Assembly (NCBI GenBank): GCA_027923505.1
Contig: BROI01000024.1
Span: 372,001 to 436,000, forward strand
DNA from: Mayamaea pseudoterrestris
Taxonomy: Eukaryota
Reading direction: 5' to 3'
Length of the DNA stretch: 64,000 bases
This document shows positions 21,440 through 33,322 of the stretch, in pieces (the first letter of the stretch is position 1; every line of letters begins with the position of its first letter). A program made the translations under genes and the position numbers. The notes beneath the pieces are model-generated. The model was not told the DNA's origin. It saw nothing but the letters and a program-made list of their open reading frames with translations, and searched no databases.

Positions 21440-22533
21440 ATGTCTACCATGATGCTGACAAGGATCGCAACGTTCGCTTTCGTTTTATTTTCAGCCGTGC
21501 AGGCATTGGATTTCGAGATTACTGGCTTTGATTGTGATGAGAATCTTTACATTACTGCAACTGACCTGTCCATCAAATGTGACGGTAATTCACGTTGCTC
21601 CTTTGGGTCGTCTGTTGCCACTGTCGCTGGTACATGTAAGTGAGGAAACCATTGATTTTGAATAAATTTGAATAACGGAGCAGAGCAGATCCACTGCTGC
21701 GGAGCAATTATAGCTCGGCGACAAAAATACCATGAGTTTGTCACGCGATATACCATCACTCACACGTTTGCTTTTCCTTGTTTTCAGTAAACTACAATAA
21801 GGTTTACAACACTGGCATCGTTGACAATATTGGATACTTGAGCTCCGACATGGAACTCGTCACACTGCAGTACCAATTCTTCGACAAGGCTCAAATTCCG
21901 CTCTGCAGCGACGGTCTCACGGCAACCACTGACGACGCTGCCTGTCCTGGAGACGGATCGTATCAATTCTCCGTCGAATACAATCTTCCAAGCGCAGGAA
22001 ACGAACATCAAAGCTGGCTGGCGAGTGGATGGAACGGCAATGGCGTCATTCAAATCTTTGCCGAGGCGGACGAAAACATGCTCATTGGCGAGTGCACCTT
22101 TGTGCTCGATACCTTCGTCACGCCTGCCACGGAAGCCAACTTTTACAGCCGCACGGTCAATCCGCCATCAGCGGCTGCCACCGTCGGCATTGTCATGGGC
22201 GCACTTGCTGTGCTTGGTCTGATTTGCTTGTACTGCTACTGCTGCAGGCGAAAGTCCAAAGTTCTTGCTGACACTGACGATGAGTATTACGTTCCAACCA
22301 ACGCGTCCAAGCAGCCTGATGATGTTTCGGCGTTCTTCAAGCGTTTGGACGACGAGACTGGGTCTGCTCCACCAACATCGATTACGGCGCCAACGATCAC
22401 GACGCAATCCATTGGATCATCCTCCAGAGCATTGACTCAGGATGTCCAAGAGGTGCCGCGTAGAAAAATTGGAAGCAGGTTCTTTAGTAGCTTGGGAAGG
22501 AAAAAGGCTAATCCGTCTACGGGTATGGTGTAA
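21440..22533 (+). CDS. Single-pass type I membrane protein with a Cys-containing ectodomain; intron 21636-21787
   Basis: Signal peptide (...FVLFSAVQA); TM helix VGIVMGALAVLGLICLY followed by CYCCRRK. Confidence 0.8.
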
Positions 22534-22809
22534 GAGCCGACTGAGTAAAGGCACCGCATATCGGCGATAGACGTACTTAATTGGCATACCGAAAATAGTT
22601 GTTAAATTACCTTTTACACAATCTCTTCATTACAAATTTGAGCGCTTTGGTTCGAGATAGGGCGCCTTGGTTAGCACTCGTAGAATGACTGGTTCACTTT
22701 TCTGTAGTTGTCGCAGCGGTTCAATGGCATTCGTTTTCGCTCGTCAACTTGCAGAGCGATCTTCGCCCCATTTTATTCGACAGTGATGTGTTCATGCAGC
22801 AAGAGTACC

Positions 22810-24417
22810 ATGACAACGACTAGAATAAAAACATTAACAGCCCTTTGTCTGATTCTGTCGATAATTGCAGAGAGAGGACTTGCTTTTCAACCTAATGTAC
22901 GACAGCAGCGACTGCGTCGACAATGTGACTCATCGCTGCACGCCGTTTCCCCAACCTTTAGCATGCTTGACAAGTTTCGACGAAAGCCCAAGCCAGTCGA
23001 GCAGGCTAGTATATGCATCATTGGTGGAGGCGTCGCCGGATTGGTGGCCGCATCAGAGGCAGCCAAAGGTGTCAAGCCCTCTGACGAACGCAGAATTGTC
23101 CTACTGGAAGCTGCCGATACACTAGGTGGTCGAGTTCAATCCGACAAGACTCCGGATGGTTTCATTCTCGACCGAGGATTCGCCGTCTTTATTGAGGAAT
23201 ATCCCATGGCCAAGCAGCTTTTGGACTACGAAAAACTAGAGCTTGGAAAATTCCTTCCTGGAGCGCTCGTGAAAATCAAGAACCGTCGCGAATTGGCTCG
23301 AGTCGCTGATCCCTTTCGACAGCCGGAAGCAATCATTGAGGGCATTCTGGCTCCGATTGGAAGTTTAATTGACAAGATCAGCTTGCTGCCAGCCATTTTT
23401 CATTGCACGAGTAGTACGGTTGAAAGCCTATTTGAGGAGGAAGAGGCAGATACCTTGTCGACTCTCATGGTGCGATGGAATTTGGGACCAGACATTGTCG
23501 ACCGTTTCTTCAAGCCCTTTCTGGAGGGAATCTACCTGGCGCCGCTGGAGGAGCAATCGTCACGCATGTTTCACTTTATATTCAAAATGTTTTCCGAAGG
23601 TGCGGCGACGTTACCACATGGAGGAATTGGTGCGATTTCCGAGCAGCTCGCCGTCAAGGCCAGATTGGCGGGAGTGGAACTGCGCACTCGGTCGCCGGTA
23701 GTTGCAATTGCTAAAACTGAAGAGGGATATATGATTGAAACAAGTGCGGGTGACAAATTGCAAGCAGCAACTGTCATTATTGCGACGGAAGGACCTTCGG
23801 CACAAAAGCTCGTTTCGAAAATTGACGGATTTGAATCACTAGAATCATTACCGGGTCAGCCACAGAGATCTGTCGGCTGCTTGTATTACTCATTCGATGG
23901 CCCGGCTCCAGTCAGCGAGCCCATCTTGATATTGAATGGAATCGGAGCGGAACGAGGCGACGCAAATAACCCAGTCAACAATGTTTGCTTCCCTTCGGTC
24001 GTTAACCCCAGCTATGCTCCTGCTGGTAAGAATTTGATTAGCGTGACGGTATTGAAGGATGCGATGGACGCCTATCGAAATGCCGACGCAGCATTGGACT
24101 CGGCTGTCCGAGAGCAATTGGCCACATGGTTTCCCTATTATGAGCGAGACATTTTATATAAATGGGAGCTAAAGGGCATGTATGACATTCCCAATGCTCA
24201 ACCTGGGCAATGGAAAGGACCTTTTCCTGCCAATGTTCATGGGGGAAGAGATTGCACCAAGTATCGCGGCAAGGAATTACCTAGCGGCCTGTTTGTTTGC
24301 GGTGACCACATGGCAACTGCAACGTTAAATGGGGCTCTGGAAAGTGGCTTGGCTGCGGGAGTTGCAGCCAGCAAAGCTGCCAAGCTTGCAATCAAGCGTA
24401 CTTCTGTAACCTCGTAA
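22810..24417 (+). CDS. FAD-dependent oxidoreductase (amine oxidase/phytoene desaturase/PPO superfamily), probably plastid-targeted
   Basis: Signal peptide plus GLAFQP; IIGGGVAGL, LEAADTLGGRVQSD...LDRGF, CGDHMATATLNGALESG. Confidence 0.88.
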   Translation: MTTTRIKTLTALCLILSIIAERGLAFQPNVRQQRLRRQCDSSLHAVSPTFSMLDKFRRKPKPVEQASICIIGGGVAGLVAASEAAKGVKPSDERRIVLLEAADTLGGRVQSDKTPDGFILDRGFAVFIEEYPMAKQLLDYEKLELGKFLPGALVKIKNRRELARVADPFRQPEAIIEGILAPIGSLIDKISLLPAIFHCTSSTVESLFEEEEADTLSTLMVRWNLGPDIVDRFFKPFLEGIYLAPLEEQSSRMFHFIFKMFSEGAATLPHGGIGAISEQLAVKARLAGVELRTRSPVVAIAKTEEGYMIETSAGDKLQAATVIIATEGPSAQKLVSKIDGFESLESLPGQPQRSVGCLYYSFDGPAPVSEPILILNGIGAERGDANNPVNNVCFPSVVNPSYAPAGKNLISVTVLKDAMDAYRNADAALDSAVREQLATWFPYYERDILYKWELKGMYDIPNAQPGQWKGPFPANVHGGRDCTKYRGKELPSGLFVCGDHMATATLNGALESGLAAGVAASKAAKLAIKRTSVTS

Positions 24418-24545
24418 ATTATTCTTCTTTTTGAGAGCCATGGCTACACAAGGGTGTGTTTGAGGTTTTCTTGCGTCAAAAGTTAGGCTCAATACCGGCA
24501 TATGTTAATACAGTGCGATAATTTGTAGCTATAACTAATAACATC

Positions 24546-25945
24546 CTACGCAAGACCATTTTTTACAAGAATGTCTTGAACCGGGACGAAGCTCGGAGAA
24601 GGTTGACCCGAGGTGACCAGATCCATGAGGTCTTCCATAAAGCCAATCAAATGACCCTTGAACGAGTCAGTGACTGTATCCTCTGGCGGAGCTGCAGGAT
24701 TCACATTTGCCTCCAGCAGAAAGAGCTTGCTATCCTCCGTCACCATGAGATCCAACCCAGCGAGACAAAACTTTCGAATGTTGCCATTCGTTTCGTCCTC
24801 GTTCAAACTCATTCCCACTCGTCGAGCAATGTCTGGGAGGAGATGTTTGCCAAATATTTCGGCAATAAATGTTTCGAGTGCGGCTGGAATATTTCTGCTA
24901 GTCAGTTCTTCAACTTCGTCAATCAAAACTCGCTCCGTCTGCTTGGAGAGTGCTCCATTGGTAATGTGTGACCTTGGGTCTCGTTCCGTTCCAGTGTCTT
25001 CCACTGGGACTGCAGCAATCCTGACTTCATGACGATTAAAGACAAAGATATCAAGCATATCGGGTAGATGGGGCTGTTCTAGTAGCACGACGTATGATCT
25101 GATGTGAAACTTGCGGTTCCCCTTGATCAGCAAAGAAGGGACAATCTCCGCTTGCAGAACTGATTGCAAGAAGCAACATGATTCAGTGAGAATATCAGCT
25201 GCTGCTATTTCACAGGTCTTGTACCTTTTCGTCTTTGTTACTCACCCCAAGATGGAATTCTGCCCTTGTCGCTGATCAAGTTATCCAGAAACGACGGCTC
25301 TGCCATGGCCCTTTCGCGTTGCTCGTCAATAATCGCATGAATCTCTTCTGCGTCCTTCACAAAGAAGATCCCTTTTCCTTGACTTCCCATGGGTTCTTTT
25401 AACACAGCTACAATGTCGTCGCCCTTGTTATTGTCCATCGTAGGTAGTACCTTGCCGACGACGTTGAGGCACTCCTCCTTTGTCACATCCCAGTTGATGA
25501 GAATGGAAGGCGGCGACAAGCCAAGATTTTCACAGCGACAACGCTGCAAAGTACGAACCAACTCGTCCTTGTCTTCCAGTCCGTCAAATGCAGTCGAGGA
25601 TCCATGGACCGCATACATCAAGGCGCCCGTTTGCTTGTCCGCAATCTCAATCTTCAACGTTGACGGCCGATTCAAGCGACGATTCTGACGTCTCCTACGC
25701 GTCGCCGGCGTACTCGACTGCGTCAAAGCACCAGGAGTTCCTTCCTGCGCAGCAATCGCCTTTGCCGATGGTAGCTCTGGAATGCCACTGACTTGGGTCA
25801 TGGTTTGCGCCTTTTTTATGCACTTCATGACCCATTCCCACGGATGCCTGACCATATAAAAGACTTGCTCGTCCTCTCCACTGCCCCAAAGATTCTCTGG
25901 AGGTGGCGGCGGCGCCAGGTCGCTTCCATTATCGTGCTGTACCAT
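24546..25945 (-). CDS. Tubulin-tyrosine-ligase-like ATP-grasp protein; intron 25245-25160
   Basis: VLKEPMGSQGKGIFFV, RKFHIRSYV, HITN, GLDLMVTEDSKLFLLEANVNP. Confidence 0.85.
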
Positions 25946-26323
25946 AGTCTTGGCCTACGTTGCTCTATTGGTTTCGGTTGACCATTCAGCGGAAAACGAG
26001 TCGATGAGAGAGGTGTTGTTGTTTTGTCGCGTGCGGCGGAGGCTTGTCGCCGTCACGCAACGCGGCGCGAACGTTCGTACACTTTATTGCAGTGTAAATA
26101 GCTCGTGCGCCAATAAGACTCGTTGGTTCGTGCCAGTGACACGGTCTGTCGCTAGCCACATGAATGACGAAACTTAGCTATGCTCACTTACCAGCAATTG
26201 ACGTACCTTGGCGGAGCTTTCATATACAATATCGTACTTGGCTTTGTCGAACAAAATGATATGCTAGTTCTATGTAAATTCATTCGACTAGTAGAATGAA
26301 ACATGTACAGATTGGTAGTAAAT

Positions 26324-27720
26324 TTACGCCGTGCGTCCAAAAATCCAGCTGAATGCTTTCTTCTCGTCCACGACATCCTCCGTGGCCTTCTTCTTCTTGT
26401 TCATGGAGCGCTCCGCAAGCTTGCGGAAGCGCTCTGGGAGCTTGCAGAGGTAGTCGCGCTCCTTTTCAGCGTCGGCGGACAGACCGTCCACCGAGTCAAG
26501 GCTCCATCGGCGGTTCAAATGCTCGAGAATGTCAGCATAGTCAATCGCCGTGTAGACTCCAAGGCGCTGTGCAACACCGGAAAAGTCGGCGTAGAGGTTG
26601 GGGTTGACTCCATCCGTCATTTCCTCGGCAGGCATGCTAATCATTCCACGCATCATGTCGCCATAGACGGACATGAAGCCGTTGGGGTCTCGCTTGAGAA
26701 TCTCCTCGCTAAACTGCTGGTAAGCCTTTTCGTGGCGGCCTTCGTCTCCAGCAATCTGCGCGCAAATCTTGGCCAAGTTCTTTTCGCCATGTCCACGGGC
26801 AATCTTGCCAACGTTTCCATGAGAAATCTTGGTCGCTCGCTCCTGAAAGGACGTGTAGACAAATCCTCGGTAAGGATCCTTCTTGGCACCTGGGTTGAAT
26901 CCACTAGTGATCAAGTGCTGAATGGTGACTTCGACGCTGCGCATGTCGCACTTTCCTTGCAGAAACAAATACTTGTTGAGCAAGTCTCCGTGACGGTTCT
27001 CCTCGGACGTCCATCCGCGGCTCCAGCGTGCCCAGGCGCTTTCTGACGTTCCAGTCGGGTCGTCGCATCCTTCAAAGGTATTCAAAAGCGTTTGGTAGGT
27101 TGGCAGAGCTTCCTCCGTGACCATGTCTCCAATCAAGACAATGAGAAGATCGTCAGGGACGCCTTGTGCCATTTCGCGATATTCCTTGATGTTTTCGAGC
27201 CAAGCATCGCTGGATGTGTCGGGAAGAAAGTCTTGGGGCTGCCAGGATTTTTCACCAGTTTCGAGCAGCTGTAGAAGAAAGGTATTAGTAGAAGCAGGTT
27301 AATGAGTATATGATCAAAATTCACAATCTAGCGATCGCAGGTCTCGACGTCATGATGGTGTCAACGACGACATCACCATGGTCATCCTGAGTAAAAGTGG
27401 CCATGACGAGCAACGAAACCAATTTCAAAACTTACCACTTCGTCAACCATGGCTCCCGCAATAGGGGCAATGTCTTGAATCACTTCGACGTGTTTCGGGT
27501 AGAGGTAGTTGGTGCTTTCCAATCGCTTGAAAAGTGTGTCCTCGTCAAAACTGACGCCGCAAATGTCTTGGTATTCCTTCTTGGTCACGACGGAAGGGTC
27601 AGTGACAACGTTCAGTGAGGAAGAGACGCGCGAGTTGGAAGTCGTGGAAGGCGCAAAGGCTGCCACGCTCGCGGCCGAAGCAAGGATGGTTCCAATGGCG
27701 AATGATCGAGGTGACGGCAT
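26324..27720 (-). CDS. Plastid soluble acyl-ACP (delta-9) desaturase; intron 27435-27269
   Basis: VAAFAP plastid presequence; SWQPQDFLP, GDMVTEEALPTY, WTSEENRHG and IAGDEGRHE di-iron motifs. Confidence 0.95.
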
Positions 27721-28560
27721 TTTGTTCTTTGAAAAGCTTGGCAAATGATCTTTGGCGACAAGCGAGACTAAAGACGTAGGTGCAAGTGATCGACGAGAGC
27801 TTGTGCGATTGCTCTGAAGAAAGTTTTGCAGGAACGAGACGCCTTGGTGTAAATGACGACGAGTTACTGAGATTCATCCGTCGACGACGATGAGACGAAC
27901 AGGCGACGATGATGGATGCGAAGAGGTGCCGTGGCTTGTTTTGCACCAGATCGATGACGTATGCAGAATTTCGTCGTCCATTTTGTACTCTATGATGCAC
28001 AGTCTTGTCGCAACGCGATCTCCGTTCTGATGATGGGCGATGTAAGTGGGACTCGCATCATCTTCTCGTCGAGGCGAGTATCACTGCCAGCAGGTCCAGC
28101 AGAACAACAAACGATGATAAGCAATGCGAACCATAGTCGACTCTAGGACGCAAAATGGACTTTTCGTTAGCTACCTACGTGAACACGTCGATTTTTCCGA
28201 GTGCCATGAGCGACACTTCTACCGGTACTGTACGGGGCGCTTTGACATTGGCTAGCTAGCCGGACGTTGTATAGTTGATTTCGCTGAACTTTTGACCTTA
28301 TGTACAATATTGGTCGTTAAAAGCACATCGAAGTGGAAATCAATCTCATTGAGGTGATGTCGGCGTTTCAAGACAGCTCTCTGCGCTGTCAACCGCACGG
28401 AAGCTGGTGCACCTCAAGTCGATAAAGGGCAGCACAACATGGCTCACACCGGAAAGGTACTTCTCAACCAAATAGACAATCGTGTTAAGGTCCTCGCTGC
28501 CGTTTCTGTTTTTACGCTGAATAAGTCGCTCAGCATACAAAGCAACCACCGTTTAACAAG

Positions 28561-29829
28561 CTATATCCAATCACCCTCCTTCAGCTTCCGCGGGAGATAT
28601 TCCTCCGTAATGTACTGGAAACCAAAGCTCGACAAGGCTTGAATCTCAGCCTTCTTCTTAGTCTTGACCATAATTTCAAGCTCCTTCATCCACTGTGGGT
28701 TCTTTTGAATAAAGTCTTCCTTCAAAAGTTCCTTGCCAGTTTTTATATCGTTCTCCGTCATGTCAAGTCGGCATTGCTCCGGCAACTTGTATCGATTCAG
28801 ATCCGACGGTCGCAAGCCTAGCCATTTGATATCAGGAGTCGTCAAGCTCGCACTGTCGTAGCTCATATTCTTGCTGCCACTCATGTAGACGGAAAGGATC
28901 TTCAAACCGTACGGATCGGAATCTACAAGCCCAAGCACTGGAATCTTAAGCTCGGACGTGATTCGAGACAAAAACATGCGAGTCGCGACGTCAGGTTGAC
29001 CCTTGGCAGTAATGACAATGCAGGGGTACCGATTGTAAAAGCGATCTTCCGCCATGCGCATGTAAGCAGCTTCCTTTTCTACCAAGAGAATAAACTCTGC
29101 GTCTGAAACGATATTGTCAATCTTATCAATATAGGGCGGTATCGCCTTACCACCAACTCCCATCTTTGTACAGTCAATGTAGTCGCCATCCTCCTCAAAC
29201 TGAATGCGTCCAACCACGAGACCCTTGTCCGACGCAACTACATGAAGATTCGATCGAGTGCACCCAATCATGGTCGCTATATCGTCCAAGACTCCATCCG
29301 ACTCTGATTGATCGATAAAAAGCTTCACGTCAGTGTAAAACAAGTCGCGCTTAGTAATATGAATCCGCTTCACCAAAACGGCATGCAGCAACTGAAAGAC
29401 GCGAAGCGTAATGGCCGACTTTCGTGCCTCCTTGACATTGAGAAAGGATCTAGTCGACTTCTTGCCTCCCAGTACGATGCGATCCCATTCCTTCACGTAT
29501 ATTTGGTTGGAGCTTGCTCGACTTGGCACTTCCATGGCAAAACCTTGCTTGTTCAACACTTGCTTGGCAATGCCAAGGGCAATCGCCTCCATGGCTTCCA
29601 ACACTTGCGGACCATCAAGCTCTGCCACTTCCAAAATATCCGACGGAACGCCTTCCGGTAGAGTTATTGCAGTTTCGCCTTGGTGCTGCTCTTCCTCTTG
29701 CCGACGATTCGCCTTGACCATCAATTCCTGCTTGAGCTTGCGGCACTTGCGCAATACGTCGTCCGCATCCTCGGCGAGCGGCACGACGGCTCTCTTTTTT
29801 CGAATTGGATTGTTTCTGGCCGTTGCCAT
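28561..29829 (-). CDS. TOP6A: DNA topoisomerase VI subunit A (SPO11-3 type)
   Basis: [13 protein letters not shown] (catalytic Tyr), [35 protein letters not shown]. Confidence 0.93.
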   Translation of the reverse strand: MATARNNPIRKKRAVVPLAEDADDVLRKCRKLKQELMVKANRRQEEEQHQGETAITLPEGVPSDILEVAELDGPQVLEAMEAIALGIAKQVLNKQGFAMEVPSRASSNQIYVKEWDRIVLGGKKSTRSFLNVKEARKSAITLRVFQLLHAVLVKRIHITKRDLFYTDVKLFIDQSESDGVLDDIATMIGCTRSNLHVVASDKGLVVGRIQFEEDGDYIDCTKMGVGGKAIPPYIDKIDNIVSDAEFILLVEKEAAYMRMAEDRFYNRYPCIVITAKGQPDVATRMFLSRITSELKIPVLGLVDSDPYGLKILSVYMSGSKNMSYDSASLTTPDIKWLGLRPSDLNRYKLPEQCRLDMTENDIKTGKELLKEDFIQKNPQWMKELEIMVKTKKKAEIQALSSFGFQYITEEYLPRKLKEGDWI

Positions 29830-30194
29830 GTGAATTGCTTTGTACCGGAGTGAATCCTTTAGTTAGCAGGGACAATAATCGTGGATTGCATCGAAGATAT
29901 CGCCATGGTGGAAACGGACATGAATCGAAGGTCGCGAAACGTCACACTTTTCATTCACGCTTCATACCGTGACATTTGATCCTGAACTCTAACTCGTCAC
30001 AAGGGTCATTCGGGAACAGCGACAATGACCGCGTCGAGATGTGCCGATCCTTTTGTGTGGTGCGTTGAAGCGACTTGGTGGCAGATCGGTGATGTCCATC
30101 AAGCGGCGGAGAATCCAAAGTCTACTACTTGTTGCTGTTGTGACCCATTGATTATATTATTGTAGTCTCGCTGTTGTCGCATTGATTGAGCAAC

Positions 30195-32835
30195 ATGAAG
30201 AACTTTCCGTTCCTCCGGACAAAGGACAAGAAGGAGAAGAAGGAGAAAGAAAAGGAGAAGGACAAGGATAAGGACAAGGAAAAAGAAAGGAAGACGAGTA
30301 GCAGCAAGAGTAGCTCTCGTAGCTCCAAGACCTCGAGTCGAAAGGAAAAGGATGGCATGGTACGTGATAATGATGTGTGGTTTTGGGCTGCTTTCTATTT
30401 TCCATGATTCACATTCCTGTACCTCTTGACACATGGCAGGACATTGAACCTACCAGCCCGGCTCCAGCCGCTGCTCCGGCCCAAGACAATGGCGACAAGG
30501 GCGATACGACCGCCGTCAAGCGCGAGGAGAACATTAACATTCACAACAAAGTTCGTCAGAAGCGTGCGCAAAATATTTTTTCGGCGCCCGTCGATCTCAA
30601 GGAGGAGTTTCATACGCCGCGCTACCCCAAGTCAGATGCTGCCGTCCAATTCATTGATTCGGCGCTGGAGGACAACTTTATTTTCGCTTCGTTGACTGTC
30701 AAGGAGCGTCGCTTGCTCATTGATGCCATGATGATGGAGCAGGTTCCTGCTGGGCAAGTCATCATTAAGCAGGGAGAGACGGGTGATTTCTTTTACGTTA
30801 TCGAAGAGGGACAGGTTTCCTTCGCGGTCGATAACCAGCATGTTGGCGCGGCTGGCCGCGGAGGGTCGTTTGGAGAGCTTGCTTTGCTCTGTAAGTGAAA
30901 GAAGCAGGAGATTGCCTCGTCGTAATGATTCGGACCGGGTCCGTCTCATATGCCTGTTTCCCTTTTCTTTTAGACAACTGCCCTCGTGCTGCTACCTGCA
31001 TTGCTACGACTGCTTGCCGACTCTGGAAAGTCGACCAAAAGACGTTTCGTTACATGTTGGCCAACAACAATAGTAGTCAACAGAGCGATATCTTTGACGT
31101 TCTTCGCAAGGTTCCATTCTTGGCCGAGCTCGACAATCGAGACTTGCTTCGTATTTCGGATGCTTTGACCTCAGTTACCTTCCCGGAAGGCGAACGCATT
31201 ATCAACAAAGGCGACGTTGGCGAAGTCTTCTACATCATCCGCGAGGGTACAACCAAGGTTCATGACATTGGTTTTGGAGATTCGACCTACGTCGATCAGC
31301 CGCTTGGGCCTGGTGACTTTTTCGGAGAGCGCGCGCTCATTACGGGAGATCCTCGTGTGGCCAATGTCACGGCGACTAGCACCTGTACATGCCTCTGCTT
31401 GTCGCGCGACACTTTCGAAAAGGTGCTTGGTCCTTTGCAGGATTTGATTGATGTGGCCATGCGCAAGCGCACCTTGCTCGGTGTGCCCATCTTTTCCAAC
31501 TCGCAGTTCCAGCCGCATGAACTTGCTCGCTTAACGGATATGATTGTCGAGACGACCTATCAGCCTGGAACTATTCTTGCCGAAATTGGAAAGCCGGTGA
31601 ACCAGAATCTGTATATTATCCGGTCTGGAACTGTCGCTGTTGCCAACGAGGATGGGGTGATCAACAATCTCCGCGACGCCGACTACTTTGGCGACCAGAC
31701 GCTGAAGCTGGACGAGGGCATTATCAGCAAACAGACTATCACCGTGCAGACAGAAACTTCTTGCGGTGTATTGTCGAGAAGGGACATTGAAAATACTATT
31801 GGTCAGATGAAACGTTTGGGAGCTCCGTTGCAGCCGCAAGGCTCCTCACTTAACAAGTCGATCCGCTTCAAGGACCTTGTAAAGTTCCGCATTCTCGGTG
31901 TGGGTACTTTTGGAAAGGTATGGCTAGTTAGTCACAAGCGTACTGGCACTCCCTACGCTCTCAAGTTGTTGAGCAAGCGTGAAATTATTGGACATCATCA
32001 AGTGGAGGGTGTGATTCGCGAGAAAAATATCATGGCTTCACTGGATCACCCGTTTGTTGTCAACCTAGTGTCCACTTTTCAGGATGAACGCAACCTCTAC
32101 ATGCTGATTGAGTTGGTGCAAGGAGGAGAATTGTTTTCAGTGATTCACACCGAGACGCGGGACGGCATTCCGAATGGTAACTCGCGTTTCTACGCGGCAT
32201 GTATTCTTGAGTCGCTCGCTCATCTTCATCACCGCTCGATCTGCTACCGTGATTTAAAGCCGGAGAACATTCTTATTGACAACAAGGGCTACTGTGTATT
32301 AGTGGATCTCGGTTTCGCCAAGATCGTCGTGGACAAGACGTACACACTTTGTGGTACCCCCGAGTACCTCGCTCCGGAAATTATTCTTTCCAAGGGTCAC
32401 GACAAGGGAGTCGATTACTGGGCGTATGGTGTGCTGATTTACGAGATGCTTGTTGGTCGCTCTCCTTTCTACTCGTACGGAACCGACCAAGTGAGTCTTT
32501 TCAAGCGCATTGTACAGGTCAAGTACAGCTTCCCGCACGGCGGCATGGTTCACGAGCTGGCGCAGGACTTAATCCAGCGTTTGATTGTCCGAAGGCAGGC
32601 AAACCGTTTGGGTTGCTTGGCGCGAGCTGACATGGACGTTCGTGACCACGCATGGTTCAGCATCATTGATGTCACCAAGTTGCTTCGCAAGCAAATTCCT
32701 CCACCATGGATTCCTCGCATCAAGGATCCCTTGGATGCAACTCATTTTGATTCTTACAGGCACTTAGAGAATGAGCCACCGTCGTCTAAGCCGAATCTGA
32801 CTCCGGCACAGCAGGCACAGTTCAAAGACTTTTAG
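30195..32835 (+). CDS. Cyclic-nucleotide-dependent AGC protein kinase (three CNB domains plus kinase, PKG-like layout); exons 30195-30359, 30440-30890, 30974-32835
   Basis: FGELALLYNCPRAAT, FGERALITGDPRVAN; GVGTFGKV, YRDLKPEN, DLGFAK, TLCGTPEYLAPE; two GT-AG introns. Confidence 0.92.
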
Positions 32836-33322
32836 GTTTGTCATTGTTGTATTTCTGTTGCAGCAAAAGAGTTTATAATGCAGAGCGGGGACAAATAGTA
32901 GAAATTGTGATTAAGATCATGGTAAAGTCATTAAATTACATCAGGTGTGGCTAAGGTTGTGTAGACAAATGATGGTACAGCCGCTTAAAGCAGTCTAGCA
33001 TAACTTTGCTTAATGGTAACATGATAGGACAACTCTTAGCTCCAAGTCCTAAATCGGCATGTAGGTGTGCAACATTGGTATGTTCATCACATAGTGTTCG
33101 AGTATGGAAGGATGCCTTGCCATGTTCTAGCGTGAATTGCATCGACACGATTCGGCAAGAAATCTGAACGCCGAGCGGGCATAGTATTTCGAATGATCAA
33201 GCTGACGAGAAAACGAACATGTCTATAGAACTATTCATAATCCTATGCTAAAGGTTATAGTTGTGTGTGTGTGTGATTGGCTGGTGAGCGAATAGCAATT
33301 GCCTTGTTTCTCGCGCTCTCCT

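Noticed and set aside
26303..27046. 247-aa plus-strand ORF
   Set aside because: Antisense to the codon-biased acyl-ACP desaturase, with no motifs of its own
28561..29829. SPO11 homologue as evidence of a meiosis locus
   Set aside because: The sequence fits the TOP6A/SPO11-3 topoisomerase VI type rather than the meiotic paralogues
30099..30434. Minus-strand ORFs with Leu/Phe/Ser runs resembling membrane proteins
   Set aside because: Reverse complement of the kinase's purine-rich K/E/D tract
32940..33140. Somewhat CpG-poor stretch between convergent genes, possibly a transposon relic
   Set aside because: Short, with no terminal repeats or coding remnants; compatible with ordinary 3' UTR or terminator DNA
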